From positions 1-63,461 of the IMG/VR virus record IMGVR_UViG_3300009503_000033: a stretch of 63,461 nucleotides of DNA; one strand, written 5' to 3'. Source of the stretch: a virus. Its lineage: Duplodnaviria; Caudoviricetes. The notes beneath the pieces are model-generated. The model was given only the letters and a program-made list of their open reading frames with translations. It did no database searches and had not been told where the DNA came from. The translations under genes were made by a program, and so were the position numbers. Numbering within the stretch: position 1 is the stretch's first letter; each line of letters opens with the position of its first letter. Shown here one piece after another: positions 9,748-18,930 of this stretch.

Positions 9748-11798
9748 AGGTATCCATCCATGTGCCTACAGGCACCATCTAGGTGCTCTATGCTACCAGA
9801 TGGTCTAGGCTGTATGTCATTATATATCAACTCAAATAGAGCCTTCCATACTGGACAGAACTTATCCTTTCTTCTCCAATCAGAATTAATACCGTGATTG
9901 GGGCAACCTCCCAAGCATGATTGCCACCATCTACATCCATTACAGTCAGTTTCTAGTAGTAGCTTCTCTCTAATGTCTGGTCTATAGTCCTTTGCTCTAG
10001 GAAAGGGAGGCTCATTGTGATAGAGCTTGGTACAATTGGTGTCTACTCCATCATACCTGATGGCATGTATAGAAGGTGTATTGAATGGGTCACATCTACC
10101 AAAGATACACACCGCATCCTTACCTCTAAGCCTATCTGCTATGTCTATGAAGGGAGAATAATGAAGGTTATGCTCCTTACAGAAGTAGTAAAGGTCAGTA
10201 TAGAAGTCGATAGCCTCTTCTACAGTTAATTCCCATTCCCTATTAGGCATGTTGTTAGTAATACAAGCTAAGTTCATCCTACCATGGGTTATTCCTATGG
10301 ATTTTAAATCAAGTAGCCACTTCTTATATAATTCCCTATATTTTACGGCATTGAGCTTATGGATGACACTAATGATGCTTACTGGTATGCCCTCTTCACG
10401 TAGTCTATAAATATTATGTAACACAGATTTACCCATAGCTATACGTTTCTGCTTGCTACCCTTGCCTCTTAAGGCATTGCATACTGGTGGTCCATCTACC
10501 GATACAGATACGTGGGTATTATACTTCTTAAATGCCTTTATTTGCCAGTCCTTAATATTGTAAGCACCTGTCTGGATAGATGATTGCCCTCTCATTATAT
10601 AACCAAGTTCCAGTATCTTGTTGAATACCCTCTTAGGATAGGTAGTAGGCTCACCTCCATGCAATACAATATCATGTGCAGGGCATTCCCTTGCTAGTTT
10701 AGCTATAGTGTCTATGATTTTATGTAATTTAAATTTAGGTGGTGTACTATACCATCCAGACTGCTTTATGAAACAATTGTGAAGTATGTAACCTTCAGCA
10801 ATAAAGGTTTCGATGTCAGTCTGGAGATTATATACCGTTTTAATTCCTCCTTTCTTGATATCGATAATTGCTTCAGATTTTTTAGGTCTTAATCCATCAA
10901 ATGACATTTTCCTTAATATACTAGGCTGAGTTAAAGCAAAGAATCGTTGTTTTTCTTTCCTATCTCCTTTCAGACGAACGGTTGGACAATGAGCTTTATG
11001 TCTTTCTATGACTGATTCAAAGTTAAATAAAGAGAGATAATCGTGTATTCGTTCTAGAATTTCCTCGTTTGAATTGCTTATCCTTAAGATATTGTGGCTA
11101 AAACTACCTTCTGCATCAAAAATTCCAGCTAAATACCCTCTTTTCCATTCTCTATCACCTTCATTAGAAACAAGCTCAGAGAGAATCTTAAATGAAGAGT
11201 GGTCCTCTCTGTAAATGGCTCTCATATTCTGCTGGAACTGATACTGTTTAACGTTAATGCCTAATTCTTTTAGATAAGAAGTAGCTCGTTCTAGAGCTTG
11301 CTCGTCCTTTAGAGCAATTCTGAACCTATAATAAGTGAGGTTATCTTTATAGTTATATTGCCTTAGAAGACCATCTCCATCTATTAAACCTGCTAAATAA
11401 CCTTTCTTGTAACTCAATGTTTCTTCTTGATTGTCAATAGGAATGAATGGGCGTTTAATTTTATTCAGACTTCTACCTCTCAATTTACATGGTAAAACTC
11501 TCTCAATAGTTCTCCACCCTTTAGAAGTAAGATAAGGGTGGTCAGAAGTAAGCTCTATTGAGCCTTGTTCAGTAATTAACTTAAAAGTTAGAGCTTCTCT
11601 TGAGCTTAAAGCTATTACCTTTCCTCTAGTGAACTTCCATTTACCATCTATTTTCTTTACACCGATGATTTCTTCTCCCTCCTTCAATCTTTCTATGGGT
11701 TTCCATTGGTGATTGAGCATAAGTATTCTTGTGCCTGCTGGAAGACAGTACTTACATTCATAAGGGCATTGTAAGAAGCTTTCTGTAGCTATGGTCAT
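9744..11798 (-). CDS. Radical SAM/SPASM-domain enzyme containing an intein (about 360 aa spliced)
   Basis: CPYECKY|C motif rebuilt after splicing; LHGGEPT; VSVDGP; SPASM cysteines (CIFGRC, NC, CNGCRWWQSCLGGC, FC). Confidence 0.9.
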   Translation of the reverse strand: MTIATESFLQCPYECKYCLPAGTRILMLNHQWKPIERLKEGEEIIGVKKIDGKWKFTRGKVIALSSREALTFKLITEQGSIELTSDHPYLTSKGWRTIERVLPCKLRGRSLNKIKRPFIPIDNQEETLSYKKGYLAGLIDGDGLLRQYNYKDNLTYYRFRIALKDEQALERATSYLKELGINVKQYQFQQNMRAIYREDHSSFKILSELVSNEGDREWKRGYLAGIFDAEGSFSHNILRISNSNEEILERIHDYLSLFNFESVIERHKAHCPTVRLKGDRKEKQRFFALTQPSILRKMSFDGLRPKKSEAIIDIKKGGIKTVYNLQTDIETFIAEGYILHNCFIKQSGWYSTPPKFKLHKIIDTIAKLARECPAHDIVLHGGEPTTYPKRVFNKILELGYIMRGQSSIQTGAYNIKDWQIKAFKKYNTHVSVSVDGPPVCNALRGKGSKQKRIAMGKSVLHNIYRLREEGIPVSIISVIHKLNAVKYRELYKKWLLDLKSIGITHGRMNLACITNNMPNREWELTVEEAIDFYTDLYYFCKEHNLHYSPFIDIADRLRGKDAVCIFGRCDPFNTPSIHAIRYDGVDTNCTKLYHNEPPFPRAKDYRPDIREKLLLETDCNGCRWWQSCLGGCPNHGINSDWRRKDKFCPVWKALFELIYNDIQPRPSGSIEHLDGACRHMDGYL
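10776..11747 (-). mobile_element. Intein with LAGLIDADG endonuclease (324 aa) inside the CxxxCxxC motif
   Basis: CLPAGTRI start, HN|C end, LAGLIDGDG and LAGIFDAEG motifs. Confidence 0.95.
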
Positions 11799-13081
11799 TC
11801 TTCCATCTCCAAGGTAAGCACAGGTATGGATGATGGAGCTGGTTTCATCTCCTCTTGCATCAACATCAGTAGAGCGTCTACCATATCATCTCCCTTACCC
11901 CTATCTGGATTGTAGTAAGCCAGTTCCCTAAGCACTTCATCGTACCCTTCCCATATCTTTATCCTACCCTCTTCTACCACTACTCTTAATGTTTCTATCA
12001 TTCTGGGCTTATCCTTCCTAAAGGATACTGGCACTACAGGTATGCCCATGTTCTTCAGCCTCTGCCATTCAGAGATATTTTCTGAATCAACGAGCACCTT
12101 GATGGGTTTGTACCTTTCTACCAGTGCCTGTATCCTATTAAGTTGCTCAGGGTATGGTACTTTCTTCCAGAGTTGGGCATCCAGAATTATATAGCGATTA
12201 CCTACCTTTTGGGCTACTATTACTGCTGATGGGTGTACTGCCTGTCCCCAGTCTACCAGTATGTATGTAGAGGCATCATCTATAGGCTCTGGTTTTAATG
12301 GTGTCTTTAGTCTATGTATGTCCTCTAACCTGAATAGACTGGGGGTGTCATCCATGGCAAATATACCTTCCCACATAATTTTAAATTGGGCATTGGGTAG
12401 ATGCTGTCTAGCCCACTCTATTTCATCCTTACTTATCCAAGTACACTGGCTGGCATCCCAATGGAACCTCTTCCAGTTAGGATACTTGGTCTCATTGGCA
12501 TAGTACTCCCAGAATATACTATCATAATACGGTGTGCTGGATAGAATTACCTTGGAGTAGTTCATACCAGCTACTCTGGAAGGAGCATCCAGTATCAGGT
12601 TAGGGTCTTTCTTAGCTGCATCTGATGCTTCGTCTACTATAATCATGTTCACATGGGGACCATGGTATGCTGTAGGACTAGCTGCTAGAGCTACTATTTC
12701 AGAGCCATCTAGGAAGCTAGTATAGCTCTTAAGAGGTTCCTTCTTGAGTTTAGAAGTAAGGAACTCATGCTTATATAAGTACTTCGTAAAATATGAATAC
12801 AATACGTCAGATTGCCTCTGTGAACCAGCTAGTATCATCACTCTATATGGCTCATGTATTATGGTAGGTAGGACTGTAGTAGCCCATAGGGACATTAGAG
12901 CTAATGTCAATGTCTTACCTGTGGAACTGGCATTACTAACCAGAATTCGAGTTACATTAAAATCTATTAAGGTATCCAATAACTCCTTCTGAGGTGGTAT
13001 TGGTTTGTACCCAGTGATGTCTTCAAAGAACTTACTGGGCTTGGTTTGCCACAGTAATAGCCTAGCTGGATTTACTGGCAT
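11795..13081 (-). CDS. terL: Terminase large subunit
   Basis: Walker A-like SSTGKT, Walker B IIVDEA, LSSTP, RNase H-like nuclease (LVDWG, DDMVDAL). Confidence 0.9.
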   Translation of the reverse strand: MPVNPARLLLWQTKPSKFFEDITGYKPIPPQKELLDTLIDFNVTRILVSNASSTGKTLTLALMSLWATTVLPTIIHEPYRVMILAGSQRQSDVLYSYFTKYLYKHEFLTSKLKKEPLKSYTSFLDGSEIVALAASPTAYHGPHVNMIIVDEASDAAKKDPNLILDAPSRVAGMNYSKVILSSTPYYDSIFWEYYANETKYPNWKRFHWDASQCTWISKDEIEWARQHLPNAQFKIMWEGIFAMDDTPSLFRLEDIHRLKTPLKPEPIDDASTYILVDWGQAVHPSAVIVAQKVGNRYIILDAQLWKKVPYPEQLNRIQALVERYKPIKVLVDSENISEWQRLKNMGIPVVPVSFRKDKPRMIETLRVVVEEGRIKIWEGYDEVLRELAYYNPDRGKGDDMVDALLMLMQEEMKPAPSSIPVLTLEMEE

Positions 13082-13577
13082 CCTTATCCCACAGGTCAGC
13101 TATCTTTTCTATATACTCCACAGGTACTTCAGCCTTCTTCATTAGCTCAATCAGCTTGGTGTATTGTTCCTCTAAGGTCATAGTCTTGGTAGGCATCTTA
13201 GCCTGTATCCTTTCTATAGCCTCTAATGTCTTTCTACCTTCTGATATGGCTAATAATATCTTTGGTAGCTGTTCTGTATCCACACCATTCCTAAGTATGT
13301 TGTCCAGAGAGTCATTAATAATAGTCAAGTAGTTTGTAAGGTGGTCTAATGCCTCTGGTACTTCCAGTGTCTGGCTTTGTACCATTCCTTCCACTACTGG
13401 CACTGTTTGTTTCCTATCTTTCAGAAGCTTCCAGACAGTCATTTTGGATAGGTCATAACCAGCCTCCTTTAGATAGACCTGTACTTCAGATATGCTCTTG
13501 CCTTCAGAATAATACATTTCCAGAGCCTTAGCTTTAACATCAGGTCTGATGCTATCTATCTTACTTGGAGGAGGCAT
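13062..13577 (-). CDS. Putative terminase small subunit (N-terminal HTH)
   Basis: HTH-like N-terminus, helical body, overlaps the terL start. Confidence 0.65.
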   Translation of the reverse strand: MPPPSKIDSIRPDVKAKALEMYYSEGKSISEVQVYLKEAGYDLSKMTVWKLLKDRKQTVPVVEGMVQSQTLEVPEALDHLTNYLTIINDSLDNILRNGVDTEQLPKILLAISEGRKTLEAIERIQAKMPTKTMTLEEQYTKLIELMKKAEVPVEYIEKIADLWDKDASKSS

Positions 13578-13578
13578 A

Positions 13579-13764
13579 CTACTCTATCCAATATTGATAC
13601 AATATCCTTATTAAGCTTACTGTTTCTCCAAAGTTATATAGCCAGAACCTGAGCCATATGAATCTATACGGTACTGGTGGAAGAACACTAACGAACTTGA
13701 CCCATTTAAGGCTTTTGGATTTGAATTTTAACACCCAGGTAATTACTCTTGATAGGTGAGTCAC
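13579..13764 (-). CDS. Small hypothetical protein
   Basis: Abuts the terS start on the same strand; hydrophobic and basic. Confidence 0.35.
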   Translation of the reverse strand: MTHLSRVITWVLKFKSKSLKWVKFVSVLPPVPYRFIWLRFWLYNFGETVSLIRILYQYWIE

Positions 13765-13773
13765 TTATAAAAA

Positions 13774-13790
13774 GTGATTAGCTAATATTA
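13774..13790 (+). promoter_or_regulatory. 17-bp element GTGATTAGCTAATATTA, copy 1
   Basis: Identical to 14733-14749; both intergenic and followed by ATAT-rich sequence. Confidence 0.65.
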
Positions 13791-13870
13791 CGCTATATAA
13801 TAATGGAGAAGGATAGGATGGGGGTTATGGGACTTAGTCATTTTTTCTTTCTAAGTCCACCACTTTAACG

Positions 13871-13890
13871 AATTTGAATTACATAAAATT
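13871..13890. promoter_or_regulatory. Palindromic operator-like site AATTTGAATTACATAAAATT
   Basis: Exact reverse complement of 19061-19080; member of the genome-wide family. Confidence 0.7.
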
Positions 13891-13957
13891 GGGTTAACGC
13901 TATCTTTATATAGTCTCAAGTCGATATTTAACCAAACTAAAAAGGGGGGTGAAATAG

Positions 13958-14692
13958 ATGGAGGAGAAAACAGAACTTGAAGAGACAGAAGAGACTGAAA
14001 GAACAGAAGAGACTGAAAGAACAGAAGTAAAGACTATATACTGGACAGAACCAAGACAAGGTATAAAACATATTGTATCAGGAACTAATATCGTATCGCA
14101 AAAAATCGAGGAACTGGAACAATTAAAACAAGGTATCAGTGTTGAAGAAATCGATGTTAATACTATGGATTGGTTGGATGGTATACTATATACTATGGAC
14201 TTAACACCGTCGGAAGTTGCTTATTGCCATTGGCGACGAACACTAAGATTAACTCAAGGTAAAACACGGAAAATTGTTAAGGTCGGCGATGTCCAGATGA
14301 CCGTAGAAGAAAAAATACAGATACGAATGCCTAAGGGTGTGGTGGGTTGGGGTGTGCGGCCGCCAAACACTATAGTAACGGGTGACCCATTTCGGATTAA
14401 TGCGAAATGGGTGGACGATGTTGCAATGCTATTAACACCCAAAAACAAGATAAAAATTACATGGCAAAAATTTATAATGCACGTCATACGGCCGTACATT
14501 GTACACGCAAAAATAAAAAAGAAGAACGGTTATGACTACGGTCTGTACGCATACAGAATATTCAAACCAACCAAACACAACAAACGAGCCTTGATACATT
14601 TGCTTAATACAAAATTCGATTGGCTTGAGTTTCGAAGTTATAGAGACCTGGTGTACATACGCTTGAGAAAGTTCCGAAAACCAAAATTTTAA
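13958..14692 (+). CDS. Hypothetical early protein with N-terminal TEETER repeats
   Basis: Strong RBS (GGGGGGTGA), U-rich terminator after the stop, atypical base composition. Confidence 0.75.
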   Translation: MEEKTELEETEETERTEETERTEVKTIYWTEPRQGIKHIVSGTNIVSQKIEELEQLKQGISVEEIDVNTMDWLDGILYTMDLTPSEVAYCHWRRTLRLTQGKTRKIVKVGDVQMTVEEKIQIRMPKGVVGWGVRPPNTIVTGDPFRINAKWVDDVAMLLTPKNKIKITWQKFIMHVIRPYIVHAKIKKKNGYDYGLYAYRIFKPTKHNKRALIHLLNTKFDWLEFRSYRDLVYIRLRKFRKPKF

Positions 14693-14720
14693 ATTTTAAT
14701 TCTTTTCTTTTCTTTCTTAT
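14693..14720 (+). terminator. Archaeal-type oligo-T terminator
   Basis: TTTTAATTCTTTTCTTTTCTTTCTT directly after the stop codon. Confidence 0.55.
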
Positions 14721-14732
14721 TACTCATTAAAG

Positions 14733-14749
14733 GTGATTAGCTAATATTA
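14733..14749 (+). promoter_or_regulatory. 17-bp element GTGATTAGCTAATATTA, copy 2
   Basis: Identical to 13774-13790; upstream of ORF 14788. Confidence 0.65.
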
Positions 14750-14787
14750 GCTCATATATTATTGGATAAAGAAAGGGGGGGAAAGAG

Positions 14788-15060
14788 ATGGAAATGGATT
14801 TTGAGATAGTGACAATCGGCGAAGCTAGGCAAAAGTGGGAACTTAAGGATGAAGTAATTAGGGCGCTAGTGGTTGCGACGAAAACATTGACAGACAGACA
14901 AGGCATAGTAATAAAGCCAGAATACTATACTAGGCAACCACAAATAAAGGAACCAACCGCATTAGCACAAGCACTTAAAAGGAAGTATCCTAGCTTGGCT
15001 TTTGCCGTAAGAGATAAAAACGTGGTGGCAGTAAAGCCTAAAGAAAATAACGGCAGTTAA
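14788..15060 (+). CDS. Hypothetical protein
   Basis: ORF with G-rich RBS. Confidence 0.65.
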   Translation: MEMDFEIVTIGEARQKWELKDEVIRALVVATKTLTDRQGIVIKPEYYTRQPQIKEPTALAQALKRKYPSLAFAVRDKNVVAVKPKENNGS

Positions 15061-15075
15061 TAGGCTTAACTACAT

Positions 15076-15110
15076 CTTTCTTTTTTTATGTTTACTACAC
15101 CTTTTTTTAT
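15076..15110 (+). terminator. Oligo-T terminator
   Basis: Two T7 runs, each followed by ATGTT, after the stop codon. Confidence 0.5.
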
Positions 15111-15160
15111 GTTCATTATATGTAAAAGAAGAGAGAAGGAAAGGGGAGAGATGGGGAAAT

Positions 15161-15433
15161 ATGGCATTAAGCATGGTTGAGATTGAAGCAGACCGCATAA
15201 ATCAGCTGTTGGAGAACGTAGCATTAAGACTAGCAAGGAGATATGACTATTACGCTATAGATATATATGACAAGCATGGGTTTCTACTGGATACTATTGA
15301 AGCAGGACTAAGCAGAAAGCAAGCATTGAGCATTATTCATTCGATATACTATGTTCTGCTTAAAGAGCAAGCAAGAAAGAGAAGCATATGGACAAGGATT
15401 AAAGCATGCTTGAGGAGGTTAAAGCGTGTTTGA
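15161..15433 (+). CDS. Hypothetical protein
   Basis: ORF with purine-rich RBS. Confidence 0.6.
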   Translation: MALSMVEIEADRINQLLENVALRLARRYDYYAIDIYDKHGFLLDTIEAGLSRKQALSIIHSIYYVLLKEQARKRSIWTRIKACLRRLKRV

Positions 15434-15532
15434 TGTTATATTATATGCACTGGTTGGATTTCAAGCAGTTTTAGCATTTATTAGCTTCATTATTTTAGTA
15501 AAAGCAATATATGAGCAATTGGAGGAATAGCA

Positions 15533-15988
15533 ATGCAGTTCATACTGCATTTTAACAACAAACCTATACTAAAGATAGTTTATGAAGATAACGAATGGCA
15601 GTGGTTTGAAGAGCTATATAGGAAGTTAGGGTTACAGCAAGCAACTACTAACTTAGGGCTGGGAACTGGATTGGTATTAAATTACTACAGAGAAAGAAAT
15701 GAGGAGCTCAAGCGGTACTGGCTGCAGATGATTTCTGATTTCAATCACAGCGAGAACAGAGGTTACTATAGCGTAGAAGACAACATTAATTCACCTTTCA
15801 TAACTTTAAATGGAGTTAATATAGCAGTATTCAGGATAATACCAACTGACAATACTGTATCAATACCTCTTCAGAAGTTTATTAATGTAAGAGAACTCAA
15901 TAATATTATGAGAACTATAACATCATTCTTAACAACACTTCGGAACCTTGTATGCGAAGCTGTTGTTAAGATAGACATGAAGGCATAA
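15533..15988 (+). CDS. Hypothetical protein, first gene of the amidoligase operon
   Basis: GGAGGA RBS; BRE/TATA-like AAAAGCAATATAT upstream. Confidence 0.7.
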   Translation: MQFILHFNNKPILKIVYEDNEWQWFEELYRKLGLQQATTNLGLGTGLVLNYYRERNEELKRYWLQMISDFNHSENRGYYSVEDNINSPFITLNGVNIAVFRIIPTDNTVSIPLQKFINVRELNNIMRTITSFLTTLRNLVCEAVVKIDMKA

Positions 15989-15990
15989 CT

Positions 15991-16749
15991 ATGGAATTGG
16001 AGATAGTTGAGTTGGATAAGCAGGAACCTATAACTATAAAATCGTTAGGCAAAGAACTGGAAGGAGGTATAGACAGGAGCGGGCTAGAGAATGTCAGAAG
16101 GTTCATAGCTTCAGCTAACTACAAAAAGTATTATGAAGAAGGTAGCGATGGCTCAGTACATGTATCGCTAAGGGACTACAGTGCAATAGAATTGAGATTT
16201 TGGAATAAGCCAGATGTAGTATTTGACTTTATACGAGTAGTATTCGATAATGGTTTCAAGCAAAATGAAACCTGTGGCAATCACGTTCACTATCGGTTTT
16301 CTGATATGGATATGGCATTTGCAATAATGAGTTACAGAACGTTTTGGAACAGGTTTAAGAAACGATATATTGAAGCATTTGGTAATGATAGCAAGTATCT
16401 GCATAGACTTTCTAATCGATATTGCAGATTAGCATACAGCAAGAGAGAGATGATTAACATTTGCGAGGGGTGGGGCGATAGATACAGAGCAATCAATCTA
16501 TTATCATGCTTCGAAGACCAGAGAACAATAGAAGTAAGGATTTTACCATATGCCTATGGAGCCGAAGAGTTAATCAATAGCATAATCAAGCTAAATGAAA
16601 TAGTATTAGAATTGCTTAACGAACCACGCATTAATGATAAATTGGGATATTGTTTTAGTGATGAGGTATTATATACTGAAATGGAGGTGAGAAAGTGTGC
16701 TTTACAGCAGTTGTATACAGCCCAACCAGAAGAGGAAACTATGGAATAG
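15991..16749 (+). CDS. Putative amidoligase (COOH-NH2 ligase, Amidoligase_2-like)
   Basis: GKELEG, DGS, TCGNHVH, RYRAIN and TIEVR motifs. Confidence 0.75.
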   Translation: MELEIVELDKQEPITIKSLGKELEGGIDRSGLENVRRFIASANYKKYYEEGSDGSVHVSLRDYSAIELRFWNKPDVVFDFIRVVFDNGFKQNETCGNHVHYRFSDMDMAFAIMSYRTFWNRFKKRYIEAFGNDSKYLHRLSNRYCRLAYSKREMINICEGWGDRYRAINLLSCFEDQRTIEVRILPYAYGAEELINSIIKLNEIVLELLNEPRINDKLGYCFSDEVLYTEMEVRKCALQQLYTAQPEEETME

Positions 16750-17468
16750 TATTATCGATGCTACACAACATGAAAACTAACAAGGATGGCTTTGGAATAA
16801 GAGTAGATGATGAGATAATAAGAACAACTAATAATAAGAACTTCCTTAATTACATACTAAGTAACTCTATTGCAATAGATAGGGCAAGGCTAATACATGT
16901 ACATTTCAGATTAGCAACATTTGGACTAATAAATGATAATAACGTCCACTTATGGAAAATAGGTGGATACTATTGCTCTCACAATGGTGTAGCGTCAGGA
17001 TATGGATACAATAAGGATGGTAATGCAGATAGCTATGAATTCTTCAAAAGCACAGAAGATAAGATTGCTAAAGAGGACATAAAAGGAATGAGCAAGGCTT
17101 TAAGTGAGATAAATGGAATAGTGTTTTTGACAAGGGAAGATGGGAGAAGAATCATAGCTGGAAGTTCAGGAAAACCTATGAAGATATACTTGTTTAAGAA
17201 CAATACAATAGTTTTAGCTAATCAGGACATTAAGTTCTCTAATAAGGCCGTTATTCCAGTGGTTAAAAGGTATAATATATTAGGATTTGAACTGAAAAGA
17301 GAAGATGATAAGCAGGTAAGTGCAAATATACCCAAGTTAATAGCAGAAGGAGAACAGAGTGACTTTATTTCTCTAATAGATTTAGAAGAAATGAAGACAG
17401 TAGCAAAAGAAAATGTAGCTTTACGATATAATTATTCTTACTATAAGAAATACTGGGATGGTTATTAA
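16695..17468 (+). CDS. Class II (Ntn) glutamine amidotransferase
   Basis: N-terminal Cys2 after a GTG start with GGAGGTGA RBS; N.DGFG, HFRLAT, SHNG, DS motifs. Confidence 0.8.
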   Translation: MCFTAVVYSPTRRGNYGIVLSMLHNMKTNKDGFGIRVDDEIIRTTNNKNFLNYILSNSIAIDRARLIHVHFRLATFGLINDNNVHLWKIGGYYCSHNGVASGYGYNKDGNADSYEFFKSTEDKIAKEDIKGMSKALSEINGIVFLTREDGRRIIAGSSGKPMKIYLFKNNTIVLANQDIKFSNKAVIPVVKRYNILGFELKREDDKQVSANIPKLIAEGEQSDFISLIDLEEMKTVAKENVALRYNYSYYKKYWDGY

Positions 17469-17480
17469 CGGAGGATAACT

Positions 17481-17684
17481 ATGAAAGTGAGAGTATGGTT
17501 GCCGTTTAGGCAAGCAGTACCTTATAGCATAGAAGTAGAGAAGCTTGACTTGGAAAGCATTAAGAAGGCATTGAAGCAGAAGAATCCAGCAGACTGGGAC
17601 TATGACCCTAATTTTTACGAAGTACTTGGTTCTTTGTTTGATGACTTTATCGAAAGCATTGCCAGTGACGACATAGAGTTGTAG
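17481..17684 (+). CDS. Hypothetical protein
   Basis: GGAGG RBS. Confidence 0.6.
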   Translation: MKVRVWLPFRQAVPYSIEVEKLDLESIKKALKQKNPADWDYDPNFYEVLGSLFDDFIESIASDDIEL

Positions 17685-17787
17685 CATGGAAGAGGAATCA
17701 AAGCGTTTAGGATTAGTAGAAGCAGCAGGCAAGACTCTTCAGTTATTTGTCCTATAATGTGTTCATATGCTAAGTGAGGTGGAAAAA

Positions 17788-17940
17788 ATGAGAAGTGAGA
17801 CTGAAATAAAGCAGAAGCTAAAGGAGTTATATATAGTTAAGAACTGGCTTAGCACTCACTGGAACCAGGGGCTAGCAAAAGAACTGGATATTGAAATAGC
17901 AATCCTTGAATGGGTGCTTTACAGCAATAGAAAAAGATGA
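17788..17940 (+). CDS. Small protein MRSETEI...LEWVL (50 aa, absent from ORF track)
   Basis: GAGGTGG RBS; similar to ORF 25580-25729. Confidence 0.55.
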   Translation: MRSETEIKQKLKELYIVKNWLSTHWNQGLAKELDIEIAILEWVLYSNRKR

Positions 17941-17946
17941 TATAAT

Positions 17947-18165
17947 ATGAGAACCTGTAAGCAGTGTAAGATGTATATGATGGAAGCAACCAGATTTATA
18001 GGCATAGTTCCAATAGGAACGGTATTTCAATGCCCTAATTGTGGCTTCAGGATTATAGAGCAGACTAAGGAAGAAGCAGATAGGGAAGAGAGATTGTGGA
18101 AGGAAGTAGAAAGCAAGCTGGAAAGGAAGACTATAAAGGAGTTAAAGGAGGGAAAGATATGGTAA
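17947..18165 (+). CDS. Zn-ribbon protein
   Basis: CKQC...CPNCG. Confidence 0.6.
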   Translation: MRTCKQCKMYMMEATRFIGIVPIGTVFQCPNCGFRIIEQTKEEADREERLWKEVESKLERKTIKELKEGKIW

Positions 18166-18335
18166 GGATTTGGGAAGTACGATTTGGTGACCAAATATCG
18201 ACTGTAAATGTAGAAGCAGAAACAGTAGATGAAGCAATAAAGAAGGTAAGGAAGCTATATTCAAAGGAAATTAAAGACTTACCAGATGATTACTGGATTT
18301 CTAAGGTAGAGCTGATAGCAGAAGCCGATTTCTAA
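18159..18335 (+). CDS. Hypothetical protein
   Basis: V.AET.DEAI motif common in small viral proteins; start re-called at the RBS-supported ATG. Confidence 0.55.
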   Translation: MVRIWEVRFGDQISTVNVEAETVDEAIKKVRKLYSKEIKDLPDDYWISKVELIAEADF

Positions 18336-18483
18336 AGCAGATAGTGGGCTGATACTATGGGTAAGGGAAGACCAGACCTGCGTAAAACTCCTATATGCAG
18401 GTTGTGTAGGAACAAGAAAGGAGAACTTTGTGACACTTGGTATGATAGATGTCCATATGCTACACATCCTGAGCGTGATATGA

Positions 18484-18858
18484 ATGACGTATGATATTGA
18501 TGTAGCTATAGGCAGGAATATGGTACGAACACCATTCGGTATACATGGGCTATCATATGGAGCAAATACTGAGAAGCCTATCAATATTGAAAGGGTAATA
18601 TCGAAGGTAGTTAGAGGGTTCTGTCTTTCTGAAGGCTACATAGGTAGCGAAGACGTGTCATTGGTCTATACGCACTTAGCAAGTGCATATTTGAGAACTG
18701 TAAGAAGAATATTCAAGAGCAAAGATATATACTATGTCGGTAGTGATATGTCTTGGATAGCAGATGAAGATGTAAGAACCAATCTGGAAATAGTCCAGAG
18801 ATTGCTACTTCTACTGGGATATGCTGCTGTCTATGGATACAGTGTTATATTTAGATGA
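18484..18858 (+). CDS. Hypothetical protein
   Basis: ORF track; start uncertain. Confidence 0.5.
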   Translation: MTYDIDVAIGRNMVRTPFGIHGLSYGANTEKPINIERVISKVVRGFCLSEGYIGSEDVSLVYTHLASAYLRTVRRIFKSKDIYYVGSDMSWIADEDVRTNLEIVQRLLLLLGYAAVYGYSVIFR

Positions 18859-18880
18859 ATTTAAGTATCATAATTTGTTG

Positions 18881-18898
18881 AGTAGAAAGCAATATATA
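18881..18898 (+). promoter_or_regulatory. BRE-TATA-like promoter AGTAGAAAGCAATATATA
   Basis: Near-copy at about 15497-15512; lies about 30 nt upstream of the structured element. Confidence 0.5.
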
Positions 18899-18930
18899 CA
18901 GAGGCTCATAAAATAGACACGGAAGAATAT

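Noticed and set aside
9370-13531. Short plus-strand ORFs opposite the terminase and radical SAM operon
   Set aside because: Shadow ORFs of motif-bearing minus-strand genes.
13970-14027. TEETER tandem repeat as a functional element
   Set aside because: A short 18-nt slippage-type duplication in an acidic N-terminus with no further support.
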